Shown here one piece after another: positions 1 to 10,011 of a stretch of 64,000 nucleotides of DNA. The stretch covers positions 6,163 to 70,162 of the forward strand of contig JBAZKA010000002.1 of the NCBI GenBank assembly GCA_041651015.1, written 5' to 3'. A program made the translations under genes and the position numbers. Position 1 is the stretch's first letter, and every line of letters begins with the position of its first letter. The notes below the pieces were generated by a model. It was not told the origin of the DNA. It made no database searches and saw only the letters and a list, made by a program, of their open reading frames with translations. Source of the stretch: Patescibacteria group bacterium. GTDB lineage: Bacteria; Patescibacteriota; Patescibacteriia; Magasanikbacterales; GWA2-37-8.

Positions 1-167
1 ACCGCGTCCGCGACCTCGACCCGCCGTATGCATTCTGGTCGTGCTTGGACCAGATACCCAACGACAACGTCGCTCTTATGCCAAATCCTTTCTAGTTGGG
101 CGTGCAACACGCTCAACTGGCTTCAGACCTTTCGGGGCGTTTACCCGCAAGGTCTTTTTATTTACAT

Positions 168-197
168 TTGCATAAAACGCATAAAAAACTGTATAAT
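168..197 (+). promoter_or_regulatory. sigma70-like promoter (TTGCAT-18bp-TATAAT) upstream of rpiB
   Basis: TTGCAT at 168-173, TATAAT at 192-197, about 25 bp before the rpiB ATG. Confidence 0.4.
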
Positions 198-222
198 AGA
201 ACAATCAAATTAACCTTTTGCT

Positions 223-666
223 ATGATTTACATTGCTTCCGACCATCGCGGTTATCAGCTCAAAAAAGAGCTGGTTGATTTTATCAAAACCAAACTGGAC
301 AAAGAAATAATTGACTTAGGCCCGGATAAATACGATGAAGATGATGACTTTGTGGACTTCGCCATTCCTCTCGCCAAAAAAGTCTCGGCCGACAAAAATT
401 TATTTGGCATTTTGATTTGTGGCACGGGCCATGGTATGTGCATCGCGGCCAACAAGATAAACGGCGCGCGCGCCATCGTCGGCTATTCAATTTCCGGCGC
501 CGAACTGGGCCGTCAGGATAATGATGCCAACATACTGTGCTTAGCCGGACGGGTTTTGTCCAAAGACCATGCCGAAGCGATCGTGCGAAAATTTTTGGAA
601 ACCCCTTACAAAAATCTGGAAAGATATAATCGCCGTATTGAAAAAATTTCCGCGTTGGAAAAATAA
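223..666 (+). CDS. rpiB: ribose-5-phosphate isomerase B (RpiB/LacAB family)
   Basis: 147 aa; characteristic RpiB motifs (ICGTGHGMCIAANK, LCLAGRV). Confidence 0.85.
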   Translation: MIYIASDHRGYQLKKELVDFIKTKLDKEIIDLGPDKYDEDDDFVDFAIPLAKKVSADKNLFGILICGTGHGMCIAANKINGARAIVGYSISGAELGRQDNDANILCLAGRVLSKDHAEAIVRKFLETPYKNLERYNRRIEKISALEK

Positions 667-710
667 TGCGATGCCAATATACGAATGCATACGAATTATA
701 CGAATATGCC
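665..710 (+). repeat. iteron-like repeat copy A ((A/G)CGAAT x3 at ~10-11 bp spacing)
   Basis: tACGAATgcatACGAATtatACGAATatg; related copies at 33573-33616 (reverse), 34326-34372 and 34378-34420 (reverse). Confidence 0.6.
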
Positions 711-1344
711 AATAATTGTCCCTGCGGTTCTCACAAATTCATTTGACGAGTTCAAAAAGCTAATTACACGTTTGTCGCCAGTGTTTGGTTTGGTTCAAAT
801 AGACATCATGGACGGAGAATTTGTGGACAATAAATCATTTGATGAAATAGATAAAATAAATGAAATTGAAAATTTGCCGGATTTGGAACTGCACTTGATG
901 GTCCGGCATCCGCTCGCGGAAATGGAAAAATGGGCCAAGGTAAAAAATATAAAAAAAATAATCTTCCATCTTGAATCTTTAGACGACCCGCTTGAGGTAA
1001 TCAATACGATTCATGGGCGATGCGCCCAAACCGGCATTGCTATAAATCCGGAAACACCGCTAGAAAATGTTTTACCTTATTTGGACCGCATTAATGAAGT
1101 ATTATTCATGACAGTGCATCCGGGACACCAAGGCGCGCCATTTGTGCCGAAAGTCAAAAATAAAATTTTGGAATTTACTAATCTGGAAAATCGTCCACTC
1201 TGCGCCGTGGATGGTGGTATCAACGAAACCAACATCGCGGAAGTGAAAAGTTGGGGCGTGGAAGTGTTCTGCGTGGGAAGCGCGTTGACGAGAGCGGATA
1301 ATATCAATGAAATACACAAAAAACTAACTAAACTACTCAAATAA
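685..1344 (+). CDS. rpe: ribulose-phosphate 3-epimerase
   Basis: 219 aa; Rpe-like TIM-barrel motifs (VQIDIMDGEFV, MTVHPGHQG, AVDGGIN). First ATG lies inside the repeat; the real start may be ATG 706. Confidence 0.8.
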   Translation: MHTNYTNMPIIVPAVLTNSFDEFKKLITRLSPVFGLVQIDIMDGEFVDNKSFDEIDKINEIENLPDLELHLMVRHPLAEMEKWAKVKNIKKIIFHLESLDDPLEVINTIHGRCAQTGIAINPETPLENVLPYLDRINEVLFMTVHPGHQGAPFVPKVKNKILEFTNLENRPLCAVDGGINETNIAEVKSWGVEVFCVGSALTRADNINEIHKKLTKLLK

Positions 1345-1348
1345 TTTT

Positions 1349-2293
1349 ATGTTGGATTTACTGATCATCGGAGGCGCGGCCGCCGGTTCCAGCGCGGCGA
1401 TTTATGCAGCCAGGCGCAAACTAAATTTCAAAATCGTTACCGACAATATCGGCGGAGAAGTGGCTTTGGCCGGTGAAGTAAATAATTGGCCGGGCACCCA
1501 AAACATTCAAGGCTTTGAATTGGCGCAAAAATTCAATGAGCATGTTAAATCATACGGCGTGGAAGTTGACGAGGGTTGGCGCGTGGAATCCGTAGCGCGC
1601 GCCGAGGGATTTTTCATCGTCACGGCCAAAAATGCCAAAGGCGAAGAAAATAAATACGAAACCAAATCCGTTATTGTCGCGACCGGTATTCATCCGCGCC
1701 ATTTACGCATCCCGGGCGAAGAAGAATTTGCGCGCAAGGGTGTCACCTACTGCACTGTTTGCGACGGCCCGTTTTTCCGGGGCAAAACCACGGTCTCCAT
1801 CGGCGGAGGCAACAGCGTTTTGGAGTCGGTTATTATGATGTCAGGCATCGCGCAAAAAGTTTATTTGCTCACCATTGAACCAAACACGGCCGAGAAAAAA
1901 TTCGGCTTCCCGACCGGCGACGATGTTTTGATTGATAAAGTCAAATCACTGCCCAATGTGGAAATTGTTTACGACGCGAACACTTACGAAATTTTTGGCG
2001 ACACCAAAGTACGCGGTTTAAAATATCGCGACCTCACGGGCGAACACGATCTCGTCACTGACGGCATTATGATTCACGTCGGTATGATTCCCAACGCGCA
2101 ATTTTTGGATGTGGAAAAAGACCCAATCGGACAAATCATCGTGGACCAGAAATGCCGTACGTCTATACCGGGAATCTTTGCCGCCGGCGACGTCACCAAC
2201 ATCCCCTACAAACAAATCGGGGTATCAGCCGGCCAAGGCATTGTCGCGGCGCTCGCGGCCATTGAATATCTCAATAAAATTCCGTCCGTTTAA
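1349..2293 (+). CDS. trxB: thioredoxin reductase-like FAD/NAD(P)-dependent disulfide oxidoreductase
   Basis: GGAAAGSSAAIYAARR FAD motif, redox CTVCDG motif, GGGNS NAD motif, AAGD C-terminal motif. Confidence 0.8.
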   Translation: MLDLLIIGGAAAGSSAAIYAARRKLNFKIVTDNIGGEVALAGEVNNWPGTQNIQGFELAQKFNEHVKSYGVEVDEGWRVESVARAEGFFIVTAKNAKGEENKYETKSVIVATGIHPRHLRIPGEEEFARKGVTYCTVCDGPFFRGKTTVSIGGGNSVLESVIMMSGIAQKVYLLTIEPNTAEKKFGFPTGDDVLIDKVKSLPNVEIVYDANTYEIFGDTKVRGLKYRDLTGEHDLVTDGIMIHVGMIPNAQFLDVEKDPIGQIIVDQKCRTSIPGIFAAGDVTNIPYKQIGVSAGQGIVAALAAIEYLNKIPSV

Positions 2294-2334
2294 GCGGACG
2301 GTCCGCCTTGGGCGGAAAATAACCTTTATTATAT

Positions 2335-2649
2335 ATGGAACCACTCGCCTCATTTTTACCCACCTTGCCGTGGAGTTGGTGGGAAATTTATCTCAACATT
2401 ATTGCCATTGTCGGTACAATCATGCTTGTCTATGGAATTTTTTTAGAATCGGAAAAAAAGCAAGACACGATTTTTTTCATTGGCGCGTTTTGTCTGTTCA
2501 TCTACGCCTTTTGGCTTGGCAACACAATTTTTTGCGTGGCCATGGGCGGTTTTGCCGTGGCCTCGTTTATTGAAGTGCTTGAAATTGTGCTCGGCCGGCA
2601 TATTCACAGCCAAGAATTAATTGAAAAATATAAACATCCGGAAAAATAG
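2335..2649 (+). CDS. small hydrophobic membrane protein, unknown function
   Basis: 104 aa, 3 predicted TM segments, sits between trxB and the kinase. Confidence 0.4.
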   Translation: MEPLASFLPTLPWSWWEIYLNIIAIVGTIMLVYGIFLESEKKQDTIFFIGAFCLFIYAFWLGNTIFCVAMGGFAVASFIEVLEIVLGRHIHSQELIEKYKHPEK

Positions 2650-2672
2650 CTTTACTAACTTTATAACTTTGT

Positions 2673-3659
2673 ATGTACGATTTAATCACCGTCGGCGACG
2701 CGGTTGTTGATACTCATGTGAATATAGACAACGCCAGCGTGGAATGCGACGTGGATACGCGCGCCTGTCGTTTATGTTTGGATTACGCCAGCAAAATTCC
2801 CATTACCGGCAGTTTTCAATCTCTTGGCGGCAACGCGGCCAATGTCGCTTGTGGCGCGACCAAACTCGGGATGAATTCAGCCATCGTCACTTCTATCGGC
2901 GCGGATTCCAACGGCCGAATAATTTTGGAAGAATTAAAAAAATCCAAAGTGGATACTTCGCTCGTTTATCGGGACAAACAAACTCAAACGCGTTATTCCG
3001 TGGTTTTAAATTTTCGCGCCGAGCGCACGATTTTATCCTATCACGAAAAACGTAATTACAAATTGCCGAAAAAAATGCCGGCTACCGAGTGGATTTATTA
3101 CACCAGCATGAGCGGTGGATTTGAAAATTTGCAAAACGCGCTTCTACAGTATCTTGACGATCATCCGAGCGTTAAACTCGCTTACAATCCCGGATCATTT
3201 CAGTTAAAATCCGCCATGAATGAAGTCAAAGAAATTTTACCGCGCGCCGATCTGCTCATCGTGAATTTACAGGAGGCGGAATTAATCGCCGACACAACTT
3301 TAAAAAAAGAAAAAACGATCACCTCGTTGGTTCACAAACTATTGTCGCTCGGCGCGAAAGAAGTGGTTATTACCGATGCTGAACACGGCGCTATTGCCGG
3401 CAACACTGATGAAATTTGGTCAATGGATACATATAAAATTGAGGTAGTGTCCAAAACCGGCGCCGGCGATGCCTTTTCTGCGGCTTATCTCGCGGCTCGC
3501 AATTATGAACACGACATTCGCCTGGCCCTGACTTGGGGCGCGGCCATGAGCGCGGCCGTCATTGCCGAACACGGCCCGCAAAAAGGTCTGATCGGACAAA
3601 AGGCTCTGCAAAAAATGATTGACCGTTTTCCAAATATCAAACCAAAAAAGATATTTTAA
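2673..3659 (+). CDS. PfkB-family carbohydrate kinase (ribokinase-like)
   Basis: 328 aa; GGNAANVA and GAGDAF PfkB signature motifs. Confidence 0.75.
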   Translation: MYDLITVGDAVVDTHVNIDNASVECDVDTRACRLCLDYASKIPITGSFQSLGGNAANVACGATKLGMNSAIVTSIGADSNGRIILEELKKSKVDTSLVYRDKQTQTRYSVVLNFRAERTILSYHEKRNYKLPKKMPATEWIYYTSMSGGFENLQNALLQYLDDHPSVKLAYNPGSFQLKSAMNEVKEILPRADLLIVNLQEAELIADTTLKKEKTITSLVHKLLSLGAKEVVITDAEHGAIAGNTDEIWSMDTYKIEVVSKTGAGDAFSAAYLAARNYEHDIRLALTWGAAMSAAVIAEHGPQKGLIGQKALQKMIDRFPNIKPKKIF

Positions 3660-3671
3660 CAACTTTTTACA

Positions 3672-3708
3672 AAAAAACACCCCGCATGATGCGGAGTGTT
3701 TTTTATTC
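3672..3708. terminator. bidirectional intrinsic terminator
   Basis: A-run, stem caccccgcat/atgcggagtg, T-run; between convergent genes. Confidence 0.6.
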
Positions 3709-3711
3709 TAA

Positions 3712-4440
3712 TTATTTTATCCCGTAAAAATCCACTTGAATCGGTTTATCTATGCCGCGCATCATGTTCAAGTGGTTTTTTCTTTCCTCAAAAAATTCTT
3801 GCGCCAATTCGGCTTCGTCCAAACTTGGCGACGGCGCCAAATCCACCAAACCTAACTCAAAATAACGAGCCTTGGCGCGCATTTCACCGGCCAATGACGG
3901 ATGATATGACTCACGATCGGCCGCTAATTTTAATTTAGCGATCGCGTTTTTAATCTTATCCAAAATAGTTTTGTGTTCTTGAACTCGCGCCAAATACTTA
4001 TCTTTGTTCACACTGACAATTTCTTGCGCGGTAAACTTGGACAAATCATTTCTGGTTTTAATCAGCACTTGCGCGACCGCCAAACGATCATTGTTAGAAA
4101 AATAATTTATTGCCCGGCCAGAATAGACATCCCGCCAATTTAATCCGTAATCACGATATTTAACAAAATTTTCACCCAGCTCAGCCGGCAGATGAGACAA
4201 GAAAAAATGCTCGCCCAGCCGTTCCTCGGCGTCAGACAAAAACTCGCGATGAGCCGTTTGCCACGGCCAAAGTTCATAGCCAAATTTTATCATCAGGTTT
4301 TCAATTTTTTCCAAGGACGTTTCTTTGTTTCTTTCCCATTCATCACGCGCGCTTTGCATTCTAACAACAATTTCCGATGGTAAAAGCGGCGGGAGATTGT
4401 CCAGCGTCATTTGAAAAATGGAAATGGTATGTTGGGACAT
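3712..4440 (-). CDS. hypothetical protein
   Basis: 242 aa ORF with no recognisable motif; convergent with kinase gene. Confidence 0.5.
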   Translation of the reverse strand: MSQHTISIFQMTLDNLPPLLPSEIVVRMQSARDEWERNKETSLEKIENLMIKFGYELWPWQTAHREFLSDAEERLGEHFFLSHLPAELGENFVKYRDYGLNWRDVYSGRAINYFSNNDRLAVAQVLIKTRNDLSKFTAQEIVSVNKDKYLARVQEHKTILDKIKNAIAKLKLAADRESYHPSLAGEMRAKARYFELGLVDLAPSPSLDEAELAQEFFEERKNHLNMMRGIDKPIQVDFYGIK

Positions 4441-4443
4441 AAT

Positions 4444-4896
4444 TTAACGCCCTTTGATAATATACATGGCCACGCCCGCGGCCACCGACACATTCAAACT
4501 GTTTTTGATCCCGCGCATGGGCAATTCCACGCTCGCGTCGCAATATTTTAGCAAAGATTTGGTCACGCCGGTCTTTTCATTGCCGACCACAAGGGCAAGC
4601 GGAAACTTTGGTGTCCAATCAAAAATATTTATACTGGTTTTGGTTTGTTCCAAAGCGATTATATTATACCCCTTTTCACGCAAATCCCCAAGCAAGCGCC
4701 ATGTTTGTTTCACATACTCCCAAGGCACGGATTTTTCCGCGCCCAAAGACACTTTGTCCAATTGCGTATGCGGAGGACGGGCCGTATATCCGCAAAGATA
4801 GATTTTATCCACGCCCGCGCCATCCGCGGTCCGAAACATAGCGCCGACATTGTGGGCGCTGCGGATATCGGGCAAAATTAAAACAAATTTTTCCAT
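4444..4896 (-). CDS. SpoU/TrmH-family RNA 2'-O-methyltransferase (TrmL-like)
   Basis: 150 aa; SpoU motifs (PDIRSAHNVGAMFRTADGAG, ALVVGNEKTGV, LPMRGIKNSLNVSVAAGV). Confidence 0.8.
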   Translation of the reverse strand: MEKFVLILPDIRSAHNVGAMFRTADGAGVDKIYLCGYTARPPHTQLDKVSLGAEKSVPWEYVKQTWRLLGDLREKGYNIIALEQTKTSINIFDWTPKFPLALVVGNEKTGVTKSLLKYCDASVELPMRGIKNSLNVSVAAGVAMYIIKGR

Positions 4897-5299
4897 ATTA
4901 TTTAATCAAATATTATCACAACAAACCAGATAAATCAAAAACCACCCTATTTTGTAAAAAACCCGAGAAATTTATCTCGGGCTTTCAGGGTTCAATGGAA
5001 TCCGTACTCGACAAATATATTTTGTCGAAAATTCACGCTTTTGTCAACATAACCGTGAATAGATGTGATTTTTTCGGAATTATTCACGGTTATCAAGCTA
5101 CAACAAATAGCCATAATTACGTATCCGAAGCTCGCGCGCGAGATTTTCAAACGTATTGCCCTCCTCCATAATATCTGATATATTTAATTCATTATACCCC
5201 TCGGGGTATAACCCAAATTCATTAAAAATTTTATCATATTTTAGCGGTTTTTACCACTAGTTATGATAAAGGTAGTTCAGCGACATCGCTTCGCTCGTC

Positions 5300-5560
5300 G
5301 CTGAATGAGCCGCGCTTACAGCGTTGTCGTCTCGTCGCTTCGCGACGTCGCCGAACAACGCTTATACAAAATGTCCGTCGCCCGCTTGCGCGGCTCCGGC
5401 CACATTGTATAAGCGCGGCTCGTTATATGAAATACATGTTTTCCTTTTGGGCTTCGCCCAGCTCTTAAAAAGAATTCAATTTTGTTTTTTTATTAATTAA
5501 TGAGGGGGAATAAGGTGTTTTTTCCGCTGTCGCTACAAAAACGATTTATTTATAAGGGGA
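5300..5560 (+). repeat. island repeat copy 1 (long hairpin gagccgcgcttaca...tgtataagcgcggctc + conserved core gttatatgaNatacatgttttcc...gctcttaaaaagaat...)
   Basis: core about 70-80% identical to 13197-13320 and to the reverse complement of 15955-16090. Confidence 0.7.
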
Positions 5561-5599
5561 AAACGAATACAATAACTTTGCCTAACACGAAAATAGTTT

Positions 5600-7408
5600 A
5601 TGCCAAAAATTAAGGATATACCAAAAATTGATCGCCCAAGAGAAAGGTTTCTGAAAAAAGGAGCTGACGCACTTTCAAAAAGTGATCTTTTGGCAATTCT
5701 TTTAGGTAGTGGAATTAAGGGGAAAAATGTTAGACAACTTTCTGAAAGTATTATTAAAAAATTTGGTAAAAACTTTTTGAACATAACCGTTGATGATCTT
5801 TTAGAAATTTCAGGGATTGGACAAGCAAAAGCCCTCCAAATAGCGTCCGCAATATCATTAGTAAAAAGATTTTACGACGAAAACAAAACTAATGAAATCG
5901 TTATAAAAAATTCTCAAGATGTTTTATCCCTTACTTACGATTTAAGAGATAAGAAAAAAGAACATTTAGTTTGCCTTTATTTAAACGCACGAAATACTTT
6001 ACTAAAAAAAGAAATTGTCAGTATCGGTCTTTTAGATAAGGCATTACTGCATCCGAGAGAAATTTTTTATCCTGCAACCGAATTAAACGCCGCCAGCGTT
6101 ATTTTGGTTCACAATCACCCTTCGGGCGATTCTTCACCAAGCGAAAAAGACAACCAAATCATTGAAAAAATCGTACAAGCTGGTGAAATAATGGGAATAC
6201 CAGTTGTTGATTTCATTATCATTTCTGAAAATAATCATTACAGTTTCTACGAAAAATTAAATAAGCAAAAAGCAAGCGTTGATTATGTTGCAGACGGAAT
6301 ACAAGGCACACTTTTTGCCGTACTTGAAGTTGAAAAACCCGCCTACGAGGTAACGGCTATACAAAAAATTGATAAACCCTATTTCCACTTTTCAAAAACT
6401 CAAAATGATACCTTCCAATTGCAGAATAGAAGATATTTGGGCAATAAATACAAACTGCTCGGATTTATTGAAGATATTGTTGCTGAAAAATGCAACGGAA
6501 TAAAATCATTTTGTGATATTTTTGCGGGTACAGGTGTTGTCGGAGAAAGATTTAATAAGCCAGAAATAAAAATTATTTCGAATGACTTCCTTTTTACAAA
6601 TTATGTTTGCCTAAAAGCGTTCCTTGGTACAAATTCACCTATTCAGAAAATTGCAGATAAAATTGATATTCTCAATAGTTTAAAAACTGATCGAGATAAT
6701 TATTTTTCAAAATACTTTGGTAATACCTATTTTTCGCTAGAAAATGCTAGAAAGATTGGAGCAATCCGTGAAGAAATAGAAAAAATGGCCGAAACGGAAG
6801 AAGAAAAAAAAATTCTCATTTGTTCCTTAATTTATGCAGTTGATAAGGTTGCAAATACAGTCGGACATTATGACGCTTTTCGTAAAGATTTAGATATGCT
6901 ACAGCCATTAAAACTTTTGGCTCCCGATATTGACTACTTAAATAATGGAAATAACGAAATTTACAAAGAAGACGCAAACATCTTGATTAGAAAAATTGCT
7001 TGCGACGTTTTGTACATAGATCCGCCCTATAACTCGCGCCAATATTCAGATGCCTATCATTTACTGGAAAATTTAGCTGAATGGAAAAAACCTAATGTTG
7101 AAGGAATGGCAAAAAAAATGGACCGCTCTCACATAAAAAGTTCCTATTGTCTTAAAAATGCTACACAAGCATTTGAGGACTTGATTAAAAATGCTAATTG
7201 TAAACATATATTATTGTCTTATAATAACACTAGGGATTCAAAGGATGGACGTTCAAATGCCAGAATAAACGATAATGATATTTTACGGATATTAAAAAAT
7301 AAAGGTGAAGTAGAAATTTTTGAAAGAGATTACAAGGCCTTCACTGCTGGAAAAAGCAACGGCGACGGAAACGTCGAAAGAATTTTTTATTGTAATATAA
7401 CAAAATAA
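5600..7408 (+). CDS. fusion protein: N-terminal RadC-like JAB/MPN domain + C-terminal Dam-like (D12, alpha-class) N6-adenine DNA methyltransferase
   Basis: 602 aa. N-terminal half has helix-hairpin-helix and the RadC HNHPSG(x)SPS(x)D motif. C-terminal half has RYLGNKYKLL, FxGxG (DIFAGTGVVG) and DPPYNSRQY in Dam-family order. Confidence 0.75.
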   Translation: MPKIKDIPKIDRPRERFLKKGADALSKSDLLAILLGSGIKGKNVRQLSESIIKKFGKNFLNITVDDLLEISGIGQAKALQIASAISLVKRFYDENKTNEIVIKNSQDVLSLTYDLRDKKKEHLVCLYLNARNTLLKKEIVSIGLLDKALLHPREIFYPATELNAASVILVHNHPSGDSSPSEKDNQIIEKIVQAGEIMGIPVVDFIIISENNHYSFYEKLNKQKASVDYVADGIQGTLFAVLEVEKPAYEVTAIQKIDKPYFHFSKTQNDTFQLQNRRYLGNKYKLLGFIEDIVAEKCNGIKSFCDIFAGTGVVGERFNKPEIKIISNDFLFTNYVCLKAFLGTNSPIQKIADKIDILNSLKTDRDNYFSKYFGNTYFSLENARKIGAIREEIEKMAETEEEKKILICSLIYAVDKVANTVGHYDAFRKDLDMLQPLKLLAPDIDYLNNGNNEIYKEDANILIRKIACDVLYIDPPYNSRQYSDAYHLLENLAEWKKPNVEGMAKKMDRSHIKSSYCLKNATQAFEDLIKNANCKHILLSYNNTRDSKDGRSNARINDNDILRILKNKGEVEIFERDYKAFTAGKSNGDGNVERIFYCNITK

Positions 7409-7410
7409 CT

Positions 7411-9228
7411 ATGAAAAAACCTTGGTCAATTACTACAACACTAAGAAATCCCGAAAGATTGAGAGATTTTTTAATTGTTTTAAGACAACTTGAAAATTGC
7501 AAGTGGGATTTAGAAAGTCAGAAAAAATATCAAATTCTTTTGATAAAAGAGAGGGTTTACGGCTATGGAAGCAATCAATTTTACAATGGATTATCTCAAA
7601 AACAAATTGATTTAATTGACGATCAAACAAAAACAATTACCTTTGAACAAGCCGAAACGATTTTTAATGCTAAAAACTACGAAGATCCTTCAACGAGAGG
7701 GCGGCAATCAATAAATCCTCTTAAAAAATTCGGACTCGCTGTTATTAAAGACGAAAAAATCTGTATAACCAGCTTAGGAAAACTATTTTTAAAAGACGAT
7801 TTTGATCTTGGTGAAATATTTTTTAGAAGTTTTATTAAGTGGCAAATCCCAAATCCTGATAGCGATGACTATAAACTTGAAGATGGATACAATATAGAAC
7901 CATTTGTCGGCGTGCTTCATCTTATTCGGGAAGTAAATGAAAAATCTAGAAAATCAGGAGAAAAAGAAAAAGGAATAAGCAAGGAAGAATTTTCCTTATT
8001 TTGTCCAACCCTTGTTGATTATGAAGATATAGAGCTTTATTCTGAAAAAATTATTGCCCTACGGAAAAAACTTAAAGACAAAACGAAGCAAGAACAAAAA
8101 ACAATCCGCGACAAATATAAAAAAACTTTCGCACGGGAATTTCTTGGAAAATCAAATACTACAGAAATTCAAAAACTCTTAAAAAATCTCAAAGACTACG
8201 GAGATAACGCTATCAGATACTTCCGCCTAACTCGCTATATTTATATACGGGGTGGTGGTTTTTATATTGATCTGGAGCCGAGAAGATCAGTTGAAATCAA
8301 TGCTTTGTTGGATTTTGATAATGCTAAGTCGAAGACCTTTGAGACAAAAGAAAAATACTTAGACTATATTTCTGACATCTCGGAGCCAAAACTACCGTGG
8401 GAAACTAAAGAAAAGCTTACTGAAATTGCCATAAAATTACTTGAAGAAATAAAGTTGTTTGAACGAGAAACAAGGGTAACACCAAAAGTATTTTTGGATT
8501 ATCAAAAATTGGATGGAGATGGATTAAAAAAATTTATCAATGAACTGCGAAACTACCGAAGAGAGCTGCAGGACAAACAAAATCACCAAAAATCACAAGA
8601 TACGGAACAAATTAAATCCTACATTCAAGAACTTGAAAATATTTTTGAATCTGAAGATCGGCCAATACTGCTTGAAAAGTTGTCATCGCTAGGTCTGAAT
8701 GCCCTAAACGATGCATTAAAAATACAACCAAACTATCCAGTTGGTGATGATAACGAGCCAACATTTACGGCACCGGCAAACACGCCAGATATAGAGTGTT
8801 TTTATCAAGGTTTTAATGCTATCTGTGAGGTAACAATGCTAACGGGAAGAGATCAATGGTACAACGAGGGGCAACCAGTGATGAGACATTTAAGAGATTT
8901 TGAGAATAAACATAGCGATAAAACTACATATTGCTTGTTTATTGCTCCCCAAATGCACAGAGATACTATAAACACCTTTTGGACAGCCATAAAATACGAA
9001 TACGAGGGCAACAAACAAAGAATAATCCCTTTATCAATAAACAATTTCGTGTCTCTTTTAAAAATACTCGTACAAATAAAAACCGAGAATAAATTTTTAA
9101 AGCACAGCGAAATTGCTCGCCTATACGATGAAATAATTAATTCATCAAATTCTTTTAGCGATTCCGATGGTTGGCTTAGAAATATTCCCACCGCCATTTC
9201 GTCATGGCAAGAAAGCCTAAATTTTTAA
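7411..9228 (+). CDS. putative Type IIS restriction endonuclease, AlwI-family-like
   Basis: 605 aa. N-terminal W-x-I-T-T-x-R-N-P-E-R pattern recalled from RE_AlwI-family proteins. Located 2 bp after one methyltransferase and overlapping the next. Family assignment is from memory, not a search. Confidence 0.5.
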   Translation: MKKPWSITTTLRNPERLRDFLIVLRQLENCKWDLESQKKYQILLIKERVYGYGSNQFYNGLSQKQIDLIDDQTKTITFEQAETIFNAKNYEDPSTRGRQSINPLKKFGLAVIKDEKICITSLGKLFLKDDFDLGEIFFRSFIKWQIPNPDSDDYKLEDGYNIEPFVGVLHLIREVNEKSRKSGEKEKGISKEEFSLFCPTLVDYEDIELYSEKIIALRKKLKDKTKQEQKTIRDKYKKTFAREFLGKSNTTEIQKLLKNLKDYGDNAIRYFRLTRYIYIRGGGFYIDLEPRRSVEINALLDFDNAKSKTFETKEKYLDYISDISEPKLPWETKEKLTEIAIKLLEEIKLFERETRVTPKVFLDYQKLDGDGLKKFINELRNYRRELQDKQNHQKSQDTEQIKSYIQELENIFESEDRPILLEKLSSLGLNALNDALKIQPNYPVGDDNEPTFTAPANTPDIECFYQGFNAICEVTMLTGRDQWYNEGQPVMRHLRDFENKHSDKTTYCLFIAPQMHRDTINTFWTAIKYEYEGNKQRIIPLSINNFVSLLKILVQIKTENKFLKHSEIARLYDEIINSSNSFSDSDGWLRNIPTAISSWQESLNF

Positions 9229-9230
9229 AT

Positions 9231-10007
9231 ATGGGTATGAAAAAAAATATTATCTACAACGACGATTGCATAAACATACTTAACACGAAGATTGATAAGA
9301 GTTCTATTGATCTTGTCTTTGCCGACCCTCCGTACAATTTATCTGGCAATGGTCTAAAATGGCAGGGCAGCAAAACTGGTGGAGATTGGTATATGGTGAA
9401 TGAGCATTGGGACAAAATGACTGCCCCTGAATATCTACAATTTACCAGAAAATGGATCGGGGCTTGCCATAAAATTTTAAAAGACACAGGATCAATTTAT
9501 ATTGCATGTAGTTACCACAATATCGGTGAGGTAATGATTGTTTTGAAACAATTAGATTTCAAGATAAATAATATTATTACTTGGTACAAAACAAACGCCA
9601 TGCCGAATATGACAAGGAGGGTGTTTACTCACGCAACAGAATTTGTAATTTGGGCTGTTAAAGGTAGTGGATGGACTTTTAATTATAAAGATCTTAAAGA
9701 AATAAACCCTGAAAAACAAAAAGACGGAACCGAAAAACAAATGCGTGATTTTTGGGAATTACCCTTAGTTCAAGGCAAGGAAAGAATACGCGGAAAAGAC
9801 GGCAAAGCGTTACATCCAACTCAAAAACCAGAAGAAATGTTAAAAAGAATCATTTTAGCCAGTTCCAATGAAGGCGATACTGTTTTAGATCCATTTTTAG
9901 GAAGCGGGACAACTGCCGTTGTGGCTAAAAAATATGGTCGCAAGTGGATTGGGATTGAAAAAGAAAAGCAATATTTTAAGATTGCTGAAGAGCGAATAAA
10001 AAAATAA
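9231..10007 (+). CDS. beta-class N4-cytosine/N6-adenine DNA methyltransferase
   Basis: DPPY (FADPPYN) N-terminal and FxGxG (DPFLGSGTT) C-terminal, which is the beta-class order; ATG 9231 chosen to avoid overlap with upstream stop at 9228. Confidence 0.8.
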   Translation: MGMKKNIIYNDDCINILNTKIDKSSIDLVFADPPYNLSGNGLKWQGSKTGGDWYMVNEHWDKMTAPEYLQFTRKWIGACHKILKDTGSIYIACSYHNIGEVMIVLKQLDFKINNIITWYKTNAMPNMTRRVFTHATEFVIWAVKGSGWTFNYKDLKEINPEKQKDGTEKQMRDFWELPLVQGKERIRGKDGKALHPTQKPEEMLKRIILASSNEGDTVLDPFLGSGTTAVVAKKYGRKWIGIEKEKQYFKIAEERIKK

Positions 10008-10011
10008 ATTC

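Noticed and set aside
28-278. ORFs 28-213 and 96-278 at the window start
   Set aside because: They overlap the rpiB promoter region and the rpiB start. They have no RBS and arise in a GC-rich stretch. The GC-rich segment at 1-100 may be the end of an upstream feature cut off by the window edge.
5101-5170. 23-aa minus-strand peptide (MEEGNTFENLARELRIRNYGYLL) in the spoU-island spacer
   Set aside because: No SD. It is too short, and embedded in hairpin or operator-like palindromes (aaccgtgaata...tattcacggtt; cgacaaatatattttgtcg). It more likely reflects a regulatory region.
5533-5784. Minus-strand 83-aa ORF
   Set aside because: It overlaps the island repeat and the 5' end of the RadC-methyltransferase gene.
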